DNA of 64,000 bases, taken from positions 1,536,001-1,600,000 of the forward strand of contig CAXXFF010000002.1 in NCBI GenBank assembly GCA_963676835.2. The letters are read 5' to 3'. The translations under genes were made by a program, and so were the position numbers. Shown here in pieces: positions 38,215 to 48,410 of this stretch. Source of the DNA: Marispirochaeta sp. (GTDB lineage: Bacteria > Spirochaetota > Spirochaetia > JC444 > Marispirochaetaceae). The number at the start of each line of letters is the position of its first letter. The stretch's first letter is position 1. Under the pieces are notes generated by a model. That model did no database searches. It was not told the origin of the DNA and saw only the letters and a program-made list of their open reading frames with translations.

Positions 38215-38799
38215 TTACCATCGTATGTAGTCGAAATAAATATCTCCTACCCAGTTGGTGGAATTGGCATAGTCCTTTTTGGACAGCTGGAAGCAAATGG
38301 TTGTGCATCCGGACCAGTCACTTCCTCCGGTGAAGGAAATGGTCTGCCATCCCTGGCCTTCAATGTCACTACCGTTAACACTGCTCCAGCCGAATACCCC
38401 GCCGCTGTCCGGGCGTTGCACTATCATCGAAATCTTGTATTCGTCTGAGATTGCAGACAGAGCAGCAGGGACAAAGAGCGAGATATATACTGGATCATCT
38501 GCCAGGTCCTGCGGATCTGATGAAAAGGATCGGCGAATCGTGGCTTTCTGATTTGTTGTCCCGGTAAATTCGCAGGTAACTTTCATTGAACCCGATCCGG
38601 TATAAGCCTGTTCTGTACTTTGTGAGATATCATCGGCTTCCAGCGGGTACTCATAACTCCAGCTCTCGAGATCTGATTCAAAATCATAAACTATTGCGAA
38701 TGAGGGAGTAGTGTCTGTTCCGGCACTGCTATTTTGGCAGCCTGAAAAAAGAATCGCAAAAGGTAGCAGGATCATAAAAAGGGTAATCTTTGTTTTCAT
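38215..38799 (-). CDS. Lipoprotein with carbohydrate-binding-module-like fold
   Basis: Lipobox FSGC; YDFES..SW, AYTGSGSMK, GWQTISF, IYFDYIRW. Confidence 0.6.
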   Translation of the reverse strand: MKTKITLFMILLPFAILFSGCQNSSAGTDTTPSFAIVYDFESDLESWSYEYPLEADDISQSTEQAYTGSGSMKVTCEFTGTTNQKATIRRSFSSDPQDLADDPVYISLFVPAALSAISDEYKISMIVQRPDSGGVFGWSSVNGSDIEGQGWQTISFTGGSDWSGCTTICFQLSKKDYANSTNWVGDIYFDYIRW

Positions 38800-39099
38800 G
38801 TTGTCTCCATGTTTTAATAATTTTTCTTGATATTTACTGTGATAATTTAACACGCTTGGCCATGATTTAAAGGAAAAAAGAAAGGTTATTTAATTTCTGC
38901 AATTTAATACTTTCGGCTGATCCCTGCTTGGTTGTCCGGTTTCATTTCTGTAAATTGACGGTCTGAGAGACGGGACTATATATGGGCATCCCGGCCGGCA
39001 TAAGTCTGGCGGCTTTCTATATTTTGCTCGGCCAAAGTGCAAGCTCATGGGTTGTTGGTGTTGAGGGTGATCTGGTAAAGCCTGAGGGATAAAGATCTC

Positions 39100-39603
39100 C
39101 TACAGGTAAACCACCAGCTCATCCAGGGGCTTTCTGTTTTTTGCCGGCGGTTCCTTGTCCGGATAGCCCACGGGTGTAAAAGCCAGGGGTTCCCAGTCGG
39201 AGCCCAGGCCGGCAAAATCCCTGGCTTTCTGCGGATCAAAAGCGCCTATCCAGCATGTCCCCAGGCCTAATGAGGCTGCTGCGAGTATCATATGGTCCAT
39301 TACTATTGTGGCATCCACATCAGCATAATTTTTACTGTCCATTCTGGACCATGCATCTGAGGGGTTGGCATATACTCCCAGAACATAGGGTGCTGCTGTA
39401 AAGAACGAGCGGGGATAGATCTCTTTCAGGGTTTCCAGATGGTCGGTAGTTCTGATTACCACTACCTTGTAGGGCTGCAGATTACAGGCTGTGGGGGCGA
39501 GCCGGGCGGCTTCAAGGATTGCATCCAGTTTCTCCTGCTCCACAGGCGCATCGGTGTATCTTCGTACGCTGAAACGATTTCTGATTACTTCAAGACAATC
39601 CAT
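39100..39603 (-). CDS. Nitroreductase family protein
   Basis: RFSVRRY, APTACNLQP, LGLGTCWIG; GGAGG RBS. Confidence 0.92.
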   Translation of the reverse strand: MDCLEVIRNRFSVRRYTDAPVEQEKLDAILEAARLAPTACNLQPYKVVVIRTTDHLETLKEIYPRSFFTAAPYVLGVYANPSDAWSRMDSKNYADVDATIVMDHMILAAASLGLGTCWIGAFDPQKARDFAGLGSDWEPLAFTPVGYPDKEPPAKNRKPLDELVVYL

Positions 39604-39651
39604 AGGAACCTCCATGCGTGTCTCTTATTACACCTTTTCCGCCTGAATATG

Positions 39652-40809
39652 TCAAAGGGGGAGATTCTGAATGTAGCGGATAACTTCCCTGTCCAGAGGA
39701 AAGAGCGCTTTCTCCGGGCGGGATACAAGCTTTCGCTTTTTAAAATCCTCTTCCGGGATTGCCACGGTAACACCGAAGGGGGTTGGTATTTCCACGATCG
39801 CTCCCTTAACCCGGACATGAGTCCCGTCCAGCCCTAGAGCAGCTCTTCCGGATTCAGATATATCCCTGCGGTTTTGAAGCCGTTTTCTTTTCTCTTTCCA
39901 GCAGACAAGCCGGCAGAACCCGCAGACCGTGTAGTAAAACCAGTCAGGATTGAATACGGCATTCCGGTAGTCTGCAAAGCTGTTGTCCGGGTTTTCCATC
40001 TGGGGGTCCAGTTTCTGCAGAGCTATGCAAAGCGTATCGAGTTCGTTTTTTGTTGCTGGAAGTTTCTTATCCAGCCGGTAGGGACTCCAGTTTGACCATT
40101 TTTCTGATGAAGAGAGTCCTTCATAGCCGGTGCAGCCGATCCAGCAGCAGGTGTTCGGCTGCTTTTCAGCAATGTGTTCAACAAGGCCTGCTATCTGAAC
40201 CTCTTTTCCGCTTTTTGCCGGCACCATTTCTACCGGGCAGACTGCACTGCACATGCGGCAGCCGTCGCAGGGATGTTCTGCATCGGGGATCAGGGCATCC
40301 GGCGTAAGCGGGGCTGTTGTAATGACACTTCCCAATTCCACCAGGGCGCCGTATTTCGGGGTCATGAGGTTCCCGCTCCAGCCCAGGCGTCCGATTCCGG
40401 CAGCCACTGCGGCGTACCGGTGAGAAAACTCCGGCAGGAAATCTGTCATCTCTGTAACATCAGCGGCCCCCGCTTCCGGCCGGTAGTTGTTGTTTATATC
40501 TACGTTGACAGATGAATAGCCTGCATCATGAAGAATCTTTACCAGGGTGTCCCCCAGTGTATAGAGCCGTTTTACCGCTTCCTTGCGGTTTTCACAGTGA
40601 TTATTCCAGGATTCCTTGGTGAGAAAACTGTGAATATGTTCTTTCCTGAGAGGCAGTGCCAGAGCGATGACCGACTTTGCCCCGGGCAGCAGATATTCCG
40701 GATCACCCGAGGGAGGTGCATCTTTCAGGCGTGCGGTGGAAGTGAACCCCGCCAAACAGCCATGTTTCTCCGCGGTGGCCTTCACTAACTCTTCAAGTCC
40801 GCTTATCAT
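39652..40809 (-). CDS. QueG/reductive-dehalogenase-like 4Fe-4S protein
   Basis: SHRYAAVAAGIGRLGWSG, CDGCRMCSAVCP, CGFCRLVC; start reset to ATG 40809. Confidence 0.72.
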   Translation of the reverse strand: MISGLEELVKATAEKHGCLAGFTSTARLKDAPPSGDPEYLLPGAKSVIALALPLRKEHIHSFLTKESWNNHCENRKEAVKRLYTLGDTLVKILHDAGYSSVNVDINNNYRPEAGAADVTEMTDFLPEFSHRYAAVAAGIGRLGWSGNLMTPKYGALVELGSVITTAPLTPDALIPDAEHPCDGCRMCSAVCPVEMVPAKSGKEVQIAGLVEHIAEKQPNTCCWIGCTGYEGLSSSEKWSNWSPYRLDKKLPATKNELDTLCIALQKLDPQMENPDNSFADYRNAVFNPDWFYYTVCGFCRLVCWKEKRKRLQNRRDISESGRAALGLDGTHVRVKGAIVEIPTPFGVTVAIPEEDFKKRKLVSRPEKALFPLDREVIRYIQNLPL

Positions 40810-40879
40810 GTGTTCATGGTTCTTTAAATAACCATGGATGTCAAGGCGTTGCAGATAAAGTGGGGAGAGAAACAACTGT

Positions 40880-41329
40880 ATGGCATTAGCGGATAAGCTG
40901 AGCATAAAAATTATCAAGGCACCACTGGAGAGCTCAGAGAAGAGTGAGGTTATCCGTGAGCTTGTAGATGTGCTTCTTGAAGCAGGTCTTATAGAAGATG
41001 CCGAAGCTGCTCTTGATGTTGTAATCAAACGGGAAGAATCGGGCAGTACCGGGCTGGGCATGGGGATTGCCGTACCTCATGCGAAAACCGATATGGTTCC
41101 GGAATTCACCCTTGCCCTGGGTGTTGCTCCAGAAGGTATAGATTTTGACTCTCTGGACGGCCAGCCGGCAAAGCTTTTTTTCCTGATTCTTGTTCCCCCC
41201 AATATGCCCGGACCTCACAGTGATGCCCTTATGGAAATTGCCCGGATTTCTATGAACACTTCCCTGCTGAATACCCTCTGTGCTGCCCGGTCGGCAGAAG
41301 AGGTACTGGAGGCTTTTGCAGGTAGTTGA
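40880..41329 (+). CDS. PTS IIA (fructose/Ntr-type) domain protein
   Basis: REESGSTGLG.GIAVPHAK, DFDSLDG.P. Confidence 0.9.
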   Translation: MALADKLSIKIIKAPLESSEKSEVIRELVDVLLEAGLIEDAEAALDVVIKREESGSTGLGMGIAVPHAKTDMVPEFTLALGVAPEGIDFDSLDGQPAKLFFLILVPPNMPGPHSDALMEIARISMNTSLLNTLCAARSAEEVLEAFAGS

Positions 41330-41405
41330 TTTTACTGTTTCCGGTTTTTCTGGTTGGTAATCTTTCTTTTCAGGTGTAGTATTAAAAAAGTTAATGGAGT
41401 TAAAT

Positions 41406-41627
41406 ATGAAAGAAGTTGAATCCCGTTTGTCCCTATCAGAAATTCCCGGTCTTTCCGCTGTATTGGTTCTGGATGAAGAACCCTATCTGCAGGACTCTTC
41501 TGATTTCCGAAAATCTCTGAAAAATCAGCCTGCGTCCCTTGAAGTAGGGGGCAGTATTATTGCCCGTGGAATAATAAAGAAACACTTCGGTCAGCTTGAT
41601 TTTGTCGTCCAGGAGGTCTTCCGGTGA
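41406..41627 (+). CDS. Small protein, possible degenerate SpoA/FliN-like domain
   Basis: PASLEVGGSIIARGII resembles the FliN C-terminal strand; overlaps fliN by 4 nt. Confidence 0.45.
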   Translation: MKEVESRLSLSEIPGLSAVLVLDEEPYLQDSSDFRKSLKNQPASLEVGGSIIARGIIKKHFGQLDFVVQEVFR

Positions 41628-41878
41628 ACAAAAAAGGCATCAACCAGGTCACTGTTCCCCTTGAAGTAAACCTAGGCGGTCAGGAGCTTACCCTTGATCA
41701 GGCTTCTTCCATAAAAGCCGGTTCTATTATTGAACTTGATACCTGTGCCGGCGAACCGGTCGAGGTTCGGCTTGCCGGGGAGGCGGTAGCCCTGGGCGAA
41801 GTGGTTGTGATCGATGAAAGTTTTGGTGTGCGCATAACCCGGCTGCTGACAAAGGGCAGTAGTAATGAAACGGTCTGA
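41624..41878 (+). CDS. fliN: FliN-like flagellar switch protein (SpoA domain only)
   Basis: LEVNLG, GSIIELD..AGEPV, ALGEVVVIDESFGVRI. Confidence 0.88.
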   Translation: MNKKGINQVTVPLEVNLGGQELTLDQASSIKAGSIIELDTCAGEPVEVRLAGEAVALGEVVVIDESFGVRITRLLTKGSSNETV

Positions 41879-43193
41879 GATTATCGGCGCAGCCGGGCCG
41901 GATCGGGATGTCCGTATCAAACGGTACGATTTCCGCCGTCCCGATAAGTTTTCCATGGAGCAGATACGCTCCCTTTCGCTTGTTCATGAACAGGCTGCCC
42001 GGGATCTTACCCTTCACCTGTCCGCCCGGCTTATGCGGGAGGTTGTTGTAAAACTCGAACTTGTGGATCAGATGACCTATGATGAGTTTCTCCGTCAGTT
42101 TTCCAAAGAGCCGGCCCTCTACTCGATGTACGGGGATACGCGCTCTGTGGTATCTTCGGTGATCCATTTTTCAAACACCCTTACTTTTGCGCTTATTCAC
42201 TACCTCTGCGGCGGAGCCTCCCCTGTTCCTCAATCTGACCGGGATGTTTCCGACATGGAGATGTCTCTTTCGGAAGGTGTCTGTCTGCTTACAGCTTCCA
42301 GTCTGAAACGTGCCTGGAAAATTGTGGATATACCCTGGCCGGGTTTGCGTCAGATAGAGACAAATAAACTCTTTGCATCAATCACTTCCCCGGGAGAAAT
42401 GATTGTATATGTCCGTCTGAGCATTAAATTTGAAGACCTTCAGGAGAACATTGATATAGCCATCCCCTATCTGTTTCTGGAACCCCACCTTCAGAAGTTG
42501 ACTCCGGCCTACCTGTACCGGGATATAGCAGCGGATGCTTTGGGGAAATCTGCGATTCTGGGGAATGTGGTTCAACCCCGTAGTGAGTCTGTAATTGTTC
42601 TTCCCCGTATAAAGCCTGCGGATGTGTATAAACTGAAACCGGGGTCGCGCCTGGGTATTCCATTGCGGGGGAAAGGCAGCCGGCTGGTTCAGGTGCGTAC
42701 TGGTGGGGTGATTGGTGCCGCTTTGCCAACAGTACCTGATCAAACCCTTAAACAGCGGGTTTTAGAAGAATCTCCTCCTCCTGCTTCTCCTGCGATAGAT
42801 TCTCCGGCAAGAGAAACAAGAACAGTACCTGACTCCTTGAAAGAGGCTGAAGCTCTGCCGAAAGAGGCGGCTGAAGAGATCGCCCGGCTGTTGAAGTCCA
42901 GCCTGCCCCAGATGCAGGCCGCGGCTATTTCCCTGCTTTCGCCAGAGTGTGCAGCTGCGGTTCTGGCGCAGTATAACCCCGATACTGCTGCAGGGCTTTT
43001 TTTGCTTCTTTCCGGTATGAAACGGGTGGATCACAATATACACCGTGAGCTTGCGGGCTTCCTTTTGAAGATGCTTTCCCTGCAGGGAGATCCCTCCTGG
43101 ACAAATACGGGTGGAGAGAAGAGGGCAGCGGAGATCCTTCGGCATACGGATGAAAAGATCAAAGCTGCTATTTCCCTGCTCAACAGGCAATAA
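41865..43193 (+). CDS. fliM: FliM-like protein fused to a FliG middle-domain-like C-terminus
   Basis: YDFRRPDKFS..QIR, VDQMTYDEF, IETN, IPY..LEP; C-terminal PQ..AAAISLLSPECAAAVL...GG...AAEIL. Confidence 0.75.
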   Translation: MKRSEIIGAAGPDRDVRIKRYDFRRPDKFSMEQIRSLSLVHEQAARDLTLHLSARLMREVVVKLELVDQMTYDEFLRQFSKEPALYSMYGDTRSVVSSVIHFSNTLTFALIHYLCGGASPVPQSDRDVSDMEMSLSEGVCLLTASSLKRAWKIVDIPWPGLRQIETNKLFASITSPGEMIVYVRLSIKFEDLQENIDIAIPYLFLEPHLQKLTPAYLYRDIAADALGKSAILGNVVQPRSESVIVLPRIKPADVYKLKPGSRLGIPLRGKGSRLVQVRTGGVIGAALPTVPDQTLKQRVLEESPPPASPAIDSPARETRTVPDSLKEAEALPKEAAEEIARLLKSSLPQMQAAAISLLSPECAAAVLAQYNPDTAAGLFLLLSGMKRVDHNIHRELAGFLLKMLSLQGDPSWTNTGGEKRAAEILRHTDEKIKAAISLLNRQ

Positions 43194-43312
43194 ACTATCT
43201 TGAAAAAGATCTATTTTACCTCTTGGAATGCATGATGGAATTTCCCTTGTACCCTTAAACCGGCAGCGGTGCGGACATGATATGCCGTCCTGAACATAAT
43301 TCAGCCTGGATA

Positions 43313-43777
43313 TTATGCTTCTGGTTCGGATCTCTCGACCTGGAAGTAAATATCTGTTTTCAGCCTTGCCGGAGGGGTAAAGCCCGGATTTGTGCGGAAA
43401 ACCTCAATACTGAGGCCTGTTTTGGTGTATTCCGAGTCCCGGATATATTCTTCCAGCTGCTTATAGCTTTCCTGCATGGTGGCATAGGGACCAAAATGCC
43501 GGGTTGTTGCGTAGATACCTTCAGGCAACACTCCTTTTTTTGCCGCTTCCGATCCTTTTCCCTGGCGGAACACTGGAAAACCGACTTCAACATCCATGGG
43601 CGTCTTTTCTTCTGAGTGGTAGATTACAAAGGGTTTTCCCGCCGGAATTACAAGGTTTCTGCGTGAATATCTGCCCAGTTCCTTAAAAGCATCGGTAAGG
43701 AATTTCGGCAGTTCCTCCAGTGAGCATCTGGTTCGTATGGATATTATTTTCTTTGGTTTCAGCTGTACTATTTCCAT
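43313..43777 (-). CDS. GyrI-like small-molecule-binding protein
   Basis: DVEVGFPV, LPEG.YA..HFGPY, TDIYF. Confidence 0.85.
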   Translation of the reverse strand: MEIVQLKPKKIISIRTRCSLEELPKFLTDAFKELGRYSRRNLVIPAGKPFVIYHSEEKTPMDVEVGFPVFRQGKGSEAAKKGVLPEGIYATTRHFGPYATMQESYKQLEEYIRDSEYTKTGLSIEVFRTNPGFTPPARLKTDIYFQVERSEPEA

Positions 43778-43807
43778 TTGTGATTAATCTCCTGGTGATA
43801 ATAGTGT

Positions 43808-44389
43808 CTACTTCCCGGACTTCAGCCGCCGGCGTTCCTTTTTGCTCATGTAGCGAACCTCCACACCGCCGAAGAAGATAAGTCCGGATATATGGATTTT
43901 AGGTCCGCTGCTGTTGTAGCCTGCGGTGGAGTTTTCAATCCCCCCGAAAATCGGAGTTCCGTTTACCTCGACAGAGGCGTTATCGGGAACGACAATCTCA
44001 ACTCCCCCCATTACGCACAGCAGGTTTATCCGGGTTTCACTGCCTCCCAGAGGGCACTGGGAAAGATTCAGTTCTGTCCCTCCGAAGATGTTGGTCACCT
44101 TCAGGTTTTCAGGAACATTCCATACTCCTTTCCGCTCAGTTCCGCCGAATATGGTGGTCAGGGCGCTCCTTTTCGGTCGGCTTGAAGAATTTGCAGCATG
44201 TTCTTTTCCCGGAAGCGGAATCAGGGTCGATTCAACCGGAACCAGAGCCTGCTTCGAGGTGGCATTGATGGCAATGGAAAGAAGTTCTTCAAACTCCTCC
44301 TCATTCAGTTCGCCATGGGCATAGTTATACTGGAGTCTTTCCACAACCTGTTCACGGTACTGGTTCAGCTCTTCCTGTGCATCCGGCAT
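43808..44389 (-). CDS. DUF1707 plus LiaF-like (DUF2154) domain protein
   Basis: REQVVERL...GEL..EEFEE; repeated IFGG/MGGV motifs. Confidence 0.8.
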   Translation of the reverse strand: MPDAQEELNQYREQVVERLQYNYAHGELNEEEFEELLSIAINATSKQALVPVESTLIPLPGKEHAANSSSRPKRSALTTIFGGTERKGVWNVPENLKVTNIFGGTELNLSQCPLGGSETRINLLCVMGGVEIVVPDNASVEVNGTPIFGGIENSTAGYNSSGPKIHISGLIFFGGVEVRYMSKKERRRLKSGK

Positions 44390-44580
44390 ACCCTTTCTCC
44401 CTGCAAAAAAGTAGACAACATCCGTCAGCTTATACGCTTGGGGCGAACGGGGTCAATGATGAACCTGGCCATGACAGATGGAAAGATTGTTTTTAATGGA
44501 TATGTAATGGTTTAAAAATTATACCTGCATCCGGGGTTTTGTAGTATAATCCCTGCAAACAGATCAACCTGGAGAGTGTA

Positions 44581-45606
44581 ATGAAAGCACTGGTAAAAAC
44601 GGCAGTCGGTGCCGGTCATCTTGAATATTCAGACCTTCCCGATCCTTCCCCAAAACCGGGGGAGGTTAAAATAAAGGTATTTGCTTCCGGCATCTGCGGA
44701 ACGGATATGCATATCTATCATGGAGGCTACCACTACGAGCCGCCGGTAGCCCTTGGTCATGAGTTCAGCGGAAAGATTATTGAACTTGGCGAAGGTGTTA
44801 CAGAGTTTAAAGTGGGCGACCGGGTTTCCGCGGAAGCTCCCACGGCCCTCTGCGGAAAGTGCGAGTATTGCCGCTCCGGAGACTACCAGCTGTGTCTCAA
44901 CCGCCTCGGGGTGGGCTGGGGAACCAACGGCTCCTTTGCAGAGTTTATTGTAGTTGAAGCTGCTTTTGTTCATGCCATACCGGACAGCATCAGCGATGAT
45001 GATGCCGCCCTGCTTGAGCCCCTGGCCTGTGTCTGTCACGGGGTAAATGAACTTACCAGTATCTCGGTAAACGATTTTGTAGTGCTTTCCGGGCCCGGTC
45101 CCATCGGGCTTCTGACTCTGCAGGCAGCAAAAGCCGAGGGAGCAAGAGTCGCGGTTCTTGGAACAACCCAGGACAAGGCCCGCCTGGAACTTGCCCTTGA
45201 ACTTGGGGCGGACTATGTCATCAATGTTCAGGAACAGGATGCCCGGGAGGAGATTAAAAAGATTACCGGCGGTACCGGTGCAGATGTGGTGCTGGAATGC
45301 TCCGGCAGTGAAGCAGCCTTCGATCTGGATCTTGATCTGATTAAAAAAGCGGGACGTTTTACCCAGATTGGTATTTACGACCGCAAGATAACCGCCGACA
45401 TTGACAAGATGCTTCTGAAAGAGATCCGTTTTGTAGGCAGCTTCAGCCAGAAGTACACCTCCTGGGAACGGGCCATCGACCTCATGTCCCGGGGCCTGGT
45501 AAAGGTGGACAGGATTGTCAGCGCAAAACTTCCCCTGGCCGAGTGGCAGAAGGGTTTTGAGATGATCGAGAATAAAACGGGGATGAAGGTGCTTCTTGTC
45601 CCCTGA
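44581..45606 (+). CDS. Zinc-binding dehydrogenase (sorbitol/threonine DH-like)
   Basis: GICGTD, GHEFSG, CGKCEYC..C, GPGPIG. Confidence 0.92.
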   Translation: MKALVKTAVGAGHLEYSDLPDPSPKPGEVKIKVFASGICGTDMHIYHGGYHYEPPVALGHEFSGKIIELGEGVTEFKVGDRVSAEAPTALCGKCEYCRSGDYQLCLNRLGVGWGTNGSFAEFIVVEAAFVHAIPDSISDDDAALLEPLACVCHGVNELTSISVNDFVVLSGPGPIGLLTLQAAKAEGARVAVLGTTQDKARLELALELGADYVINVQEQDAREEIKKITGGTGADVVLECSGSEAAFDLDLDLIKKAGRFTQIGIYDRKITADIDKMLLKEIRFVGSFSQKYTSWERAIDLMSRGLVKVDRIVSAKLPLAEWQKGFEMIENKTGMKVLLVP

Positions 45607-45632
45607 GTAAAAAACCGCTACTCTTTAGGCCT

Positions 45633-46583
45633 ATGAAAGAGATACACTCAGCGGCGGTCATCGGAGCCGGCGCCTTAGGCCTTATGTACGCCGACCGGCT
45701 GAAATCAGCCCTCGGTGAAAATGTTTTTTTTCTGGCCCGGGAGGACCGGGCCGGAAAGATTTCTTCTGCAGAATACAGTATCAACGGCAAGTCCGCCTCG
45801 TTTCCGGCATCCACGCCGGAAAATCTTGATGGTCCTGTTGACCTGCTTGTTCTGGCTGTAAAAAATCACCATATCGATGATGTTCTGCCCCTGGTTAAGG
45901 CTGCTTCCGGACCGGATACAGTGCTGGTTTCGGTGCTCAACGGCATAGAAAGTGAAAAACGGCTGGAAGATGCAGTACCGGAATCAACGGTACTCTACTG
46001 TATTGCCGTCGCCATGGATGCGGTAAAGGAGGGGAACACCCTTAACTTTACCTCTCCCGGGCGTCTGGTTATCGGTTCAAAGGACAACAATAAAGATAAT
46101 CCATCGCTGAAGGCTGCCGTAAAAGTTCTTGAGGACTCCGGGGTAAGCTGTGAGGTTCCCGACGATATTCACCGCTCGGTCTACTGGAAGTGGATGCTCA
46201 ACATTGGTACCAACCAGGTTTCAGCCTCAATCGGGGGCAACTACGGTGTTCTCCAGACCAGCAGGGAAGCTCAGAATGTAATGAACGGCGCCATGATGGA
46301 AGCGGTAAAGGTTGCCCGGGCGGAGGGGATCGACTTAAGAGAAGAGGATGTGAAGGGCATTTATCCCATTCTGAACGGACTTGGCAGGGAAAATAAAACC
46401 TCCATGCTTCAGGACGTCGAAGCAAAGCGTAAAACCGAGGTGGAAGCATTCAGCGGTAAACTGATTGAGCTGGCGGAGAAACATGGTATTTCCGTTCCGG
46501 TAAACCGTACCTTGTATCAGGCCCTTACAAGCCTCGAAAGCCGTTACGGAATGTCACCTCCCTCCGGCTGCACTACATTATAG
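45633..46583 (+). CDS. panE: Ketopantoate reductase family protein
   Basis: IGAGALG, AVK, LNGI, WKW, TSMLQD...R.TEVE. Confidence 0.85.
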   Translation: MKEIHSAAVIGAGALGLMYADRLKSALGENVFFLAREDRAGKISSAEYSINGKSASFPASTPENLDGPVDLLVLAVKNHHIDDVLPLVKAASGPDTVLVSVLNGIESEKRLEDAVPESTVLYCIAVAMDAVKEGNTLNFTSPGRLVIGSKDNNKDNPSLKAAVKVLEDSGVSCEVPDDIHRSVYWKWMLNIGTNQVSASIGGNYGVLQTSREAQNVMNGAMMEAVKVARAEGIDLREEDVKGIYPILNGLGRENKTSMLQDVEAKRKTEVEAFSGKLIELAEKHGISVPVNRTLYQALTSLESRYGMSPPSGCTTL

Positions 46584-46977
46584 TCACCACTATTTCCCGC
46601 TCGCGCCTGGGCCCGTCAAACTCGCAGAGAAAGATATTCTGCCAGGTAGACAGGGCCAGGTTGCCGTTGATTACTGGGATTGTTTCTGACGGGCCTACAA
46701 TTCCCGCTTTAAGATGGCTGTCTCCGTTGCCGTCCTGCCGGTCATGCTCCCAGACTCCGTTGGGAATCATCTTTCTGAAAAGACTGATCACATCCCGTTG
46801 GACGCTTTCATCCCAATTCTCCTGAATCATAATGCCTGCAGTTGCTCCCCGGACATATACATTGCATAAACCGGTTTCCATCTCCACTGAGGAGAGAATC
46901 TCTTTTACCAGAGAGGTGATATCCACAAGCTCCTCATGCATATGTGTTTCAACCCTGATTATTTCCTGATATCTCAT
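46573..46977 (-). CDS. yjbQ: YjbQ (UPF0047) family protein
   Basis: NGDSHLKA, LSTWQNIFLCEFDGPR. Confidence 0.9.
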   Translation of the reverse strand: MRYQEIIRVETHMHEELVDITSLVKEILSSVEMETGLCNVYVRGATAGIMIQENWDESVQRDVISLFRKMIPNGVWEHDRQDGNGDSHLKAGIVGPSETIPVINGNLALSTWQNIFLCEFDGPRREREIVVTIM

Positions 46978-47119
46978 GCCTCCTCCTGCTGCGGGTGGTA
47001 TACGCTGATTCTGCCAGTATCATACCGTTGTTTCAATGACCGTCAGTAATGCCGGGCGATTGCGTTTCAAACTATATGGGGTATACTGAAACCAGAATTT
47101 TACCGGTTCGGAGGATCTG

Positions 47120-47347
47120 ATGTCGGAAAAGCTTGTTATGTTTCATGGATTTGAACAGGAAGAGGTTATCGGTTTAATGCGGCTTATCAAGGCCAATGTT
47201 CAGGCACCCCGGGAGATTGCCTTCTGTATGACCACGGAGCAGAATGCCGACTGGAAAATCCGGGACCTGATTGCCGATGTTACCGAAGAACATGCCTACA
47301 TGATGAAGATGGAAGATGAAAAGGCTGCCAGACGCAATGAAGAATAG
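47120..47347 (+). CDS. DUF3783-like small protein
   Basis: MFHGF, FCMTTEQN..WKIRDLI..V.EEH; GGAGG RBS. Confidence 0.7.
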   Translation: MSEKLVMFHGFEQEEVIGLMRLIKANVQAPREIAFCMTTEQNADWKIRDLIADVTEEHAYMMKMEDEKAARRNEE

Positions 47348-47379
47348 TTCGTCTTTCAAGTCGAAAATATGATTTGCCC

Positions 47380-48396
47380 ATGGTGCTGAAGACATATTTC
47401 CATGACGAAGTTTTTTCTCTAACCAGGCCGGAGAGTGAAATTGAGTTTGTCGGCTACTCCCTGCCGTATTACCGGGATGTTCATACCCGCATAAAAGCTG
47501 GACTTTCATCCCCGCAGATTCCGCCTGTATCGGTCCCGTTAACTGAGTACGAATCAGTCCATACCCGGGACTACCTGGATAAACTAAGTAAACTCTCCAC
47601 GGGGCACAACCCCGGTGGTGAGGATCTGGATGCTCCGAAACTGAGCGGTGAGTGTTCAGGTCTTTACTATGCCCTGCCGGGCTATGAATACGCCCTGGGA
47701 GGTATGTACCGGGCTTTAGAGGAGATGAAGGCGGGAAAACTTCACCGGGCCTTCTGTTCTTCCATGCCCGGCCATCATGCCCACCCCGACTGGGGTCACG
47801 GCTACTGTCTGCTGAATACCCAGGCGGCAGCCGCCCGGTATGCCGTGAAACTGGGCTTTAAAAAAGTTCTGATCCTGGACTGGGACATCCACCACGGTGA
47901 CGGTACTCAGGATATCTTTACCAACGATCCAGATGTGTACCAGATCAGTATTCACAATGCGGCGGATCTCTACATGGGAGCTGTCAGGGTTGTGCATGAA
48001 GGCACGACAATAGCCGGGCAAAAAGCCGGACATTTGAATATTCCTGTATTTGAATCGACCCTGAAGGATGAGTTTTTCCGGGAACTGGAGCTTGAGGGAA
48101 CCTATTGCCGTGGTCCTGAGGCAATCCCCCGCTTTCGGCAGAGCCTTCAGAGTCTGCCCTTTCAGCCTGAACTTATAATTATCTTTGCAGGTATGGACAG
48201 TCACCGGGATGACTGCGGAAAGGATATTACCGACTGGGTTGAAGATGATTTCAGATATCTTACCAGGGTTGTGCTCGATGCCGCATTTGAGTGGGGAATC
48301 CCTGTTCTGTCATCTCCGGGAGGAGGCTACAACGTGGATTCCGCCGTCTCAACCGCCCTTGCTCATTATGAGGAGCTTCGAACCTACCGGGTTTGA
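47380..48396 (+). CDS. Histone deacetylase family (Zn-dependent amidohydrolase)
   Basis: PGHHA, GYCLLN, DWDIHHGDGTQDIF, AGMDSH..D, GGGY. Confidence 0.9.
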   Translation: MVLKTYFHDEVFSLTRPESEIEFVGYSLPYYRDVHTRIKAGLSSPQIPPVSVPLTEYESVHTRDYLDKLSKLSTGHNPGGEDLDAPKLSGECSGLYYALPGYEYALGGMYRALEEMKAGKLHRAFCSSMPGHHAHPDWGHGYCLLNTQAAAARYAVKLGFKKVLILDWDIHHGDGTQDIFTNDPDVYQISIHNAADLYMGAVRVVHEGTTIAGQKAGHLNIPVFESTLKDEFFRELELEGTYCRGPEAIPRFRQSLQSLPFQPELIIIFAGMDSHRDDCGKDITDWVEDDFRYLTRVVLDAAFEWGIPVLSSPGGGYNVDSAVSTALAHYEELRTYRV

Positions 48397-48410
48397 TAAT
48401 TCTCCGATAC

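Noticed and set aside
40810..41061. N-terminal extension of the QueG-like ORF overlapping the PTS IIA gene
   Set aside because: Ser/Arg-rich antisense read-through; the plausible start is 40809
10254..48396. A dispersed polyamine system (aguAB, APC permease, GNATs, HDAC)
   Set aside because: Genes are spread over ~38 kb in unrelated operons; no evidence of linkage beyond aguAB
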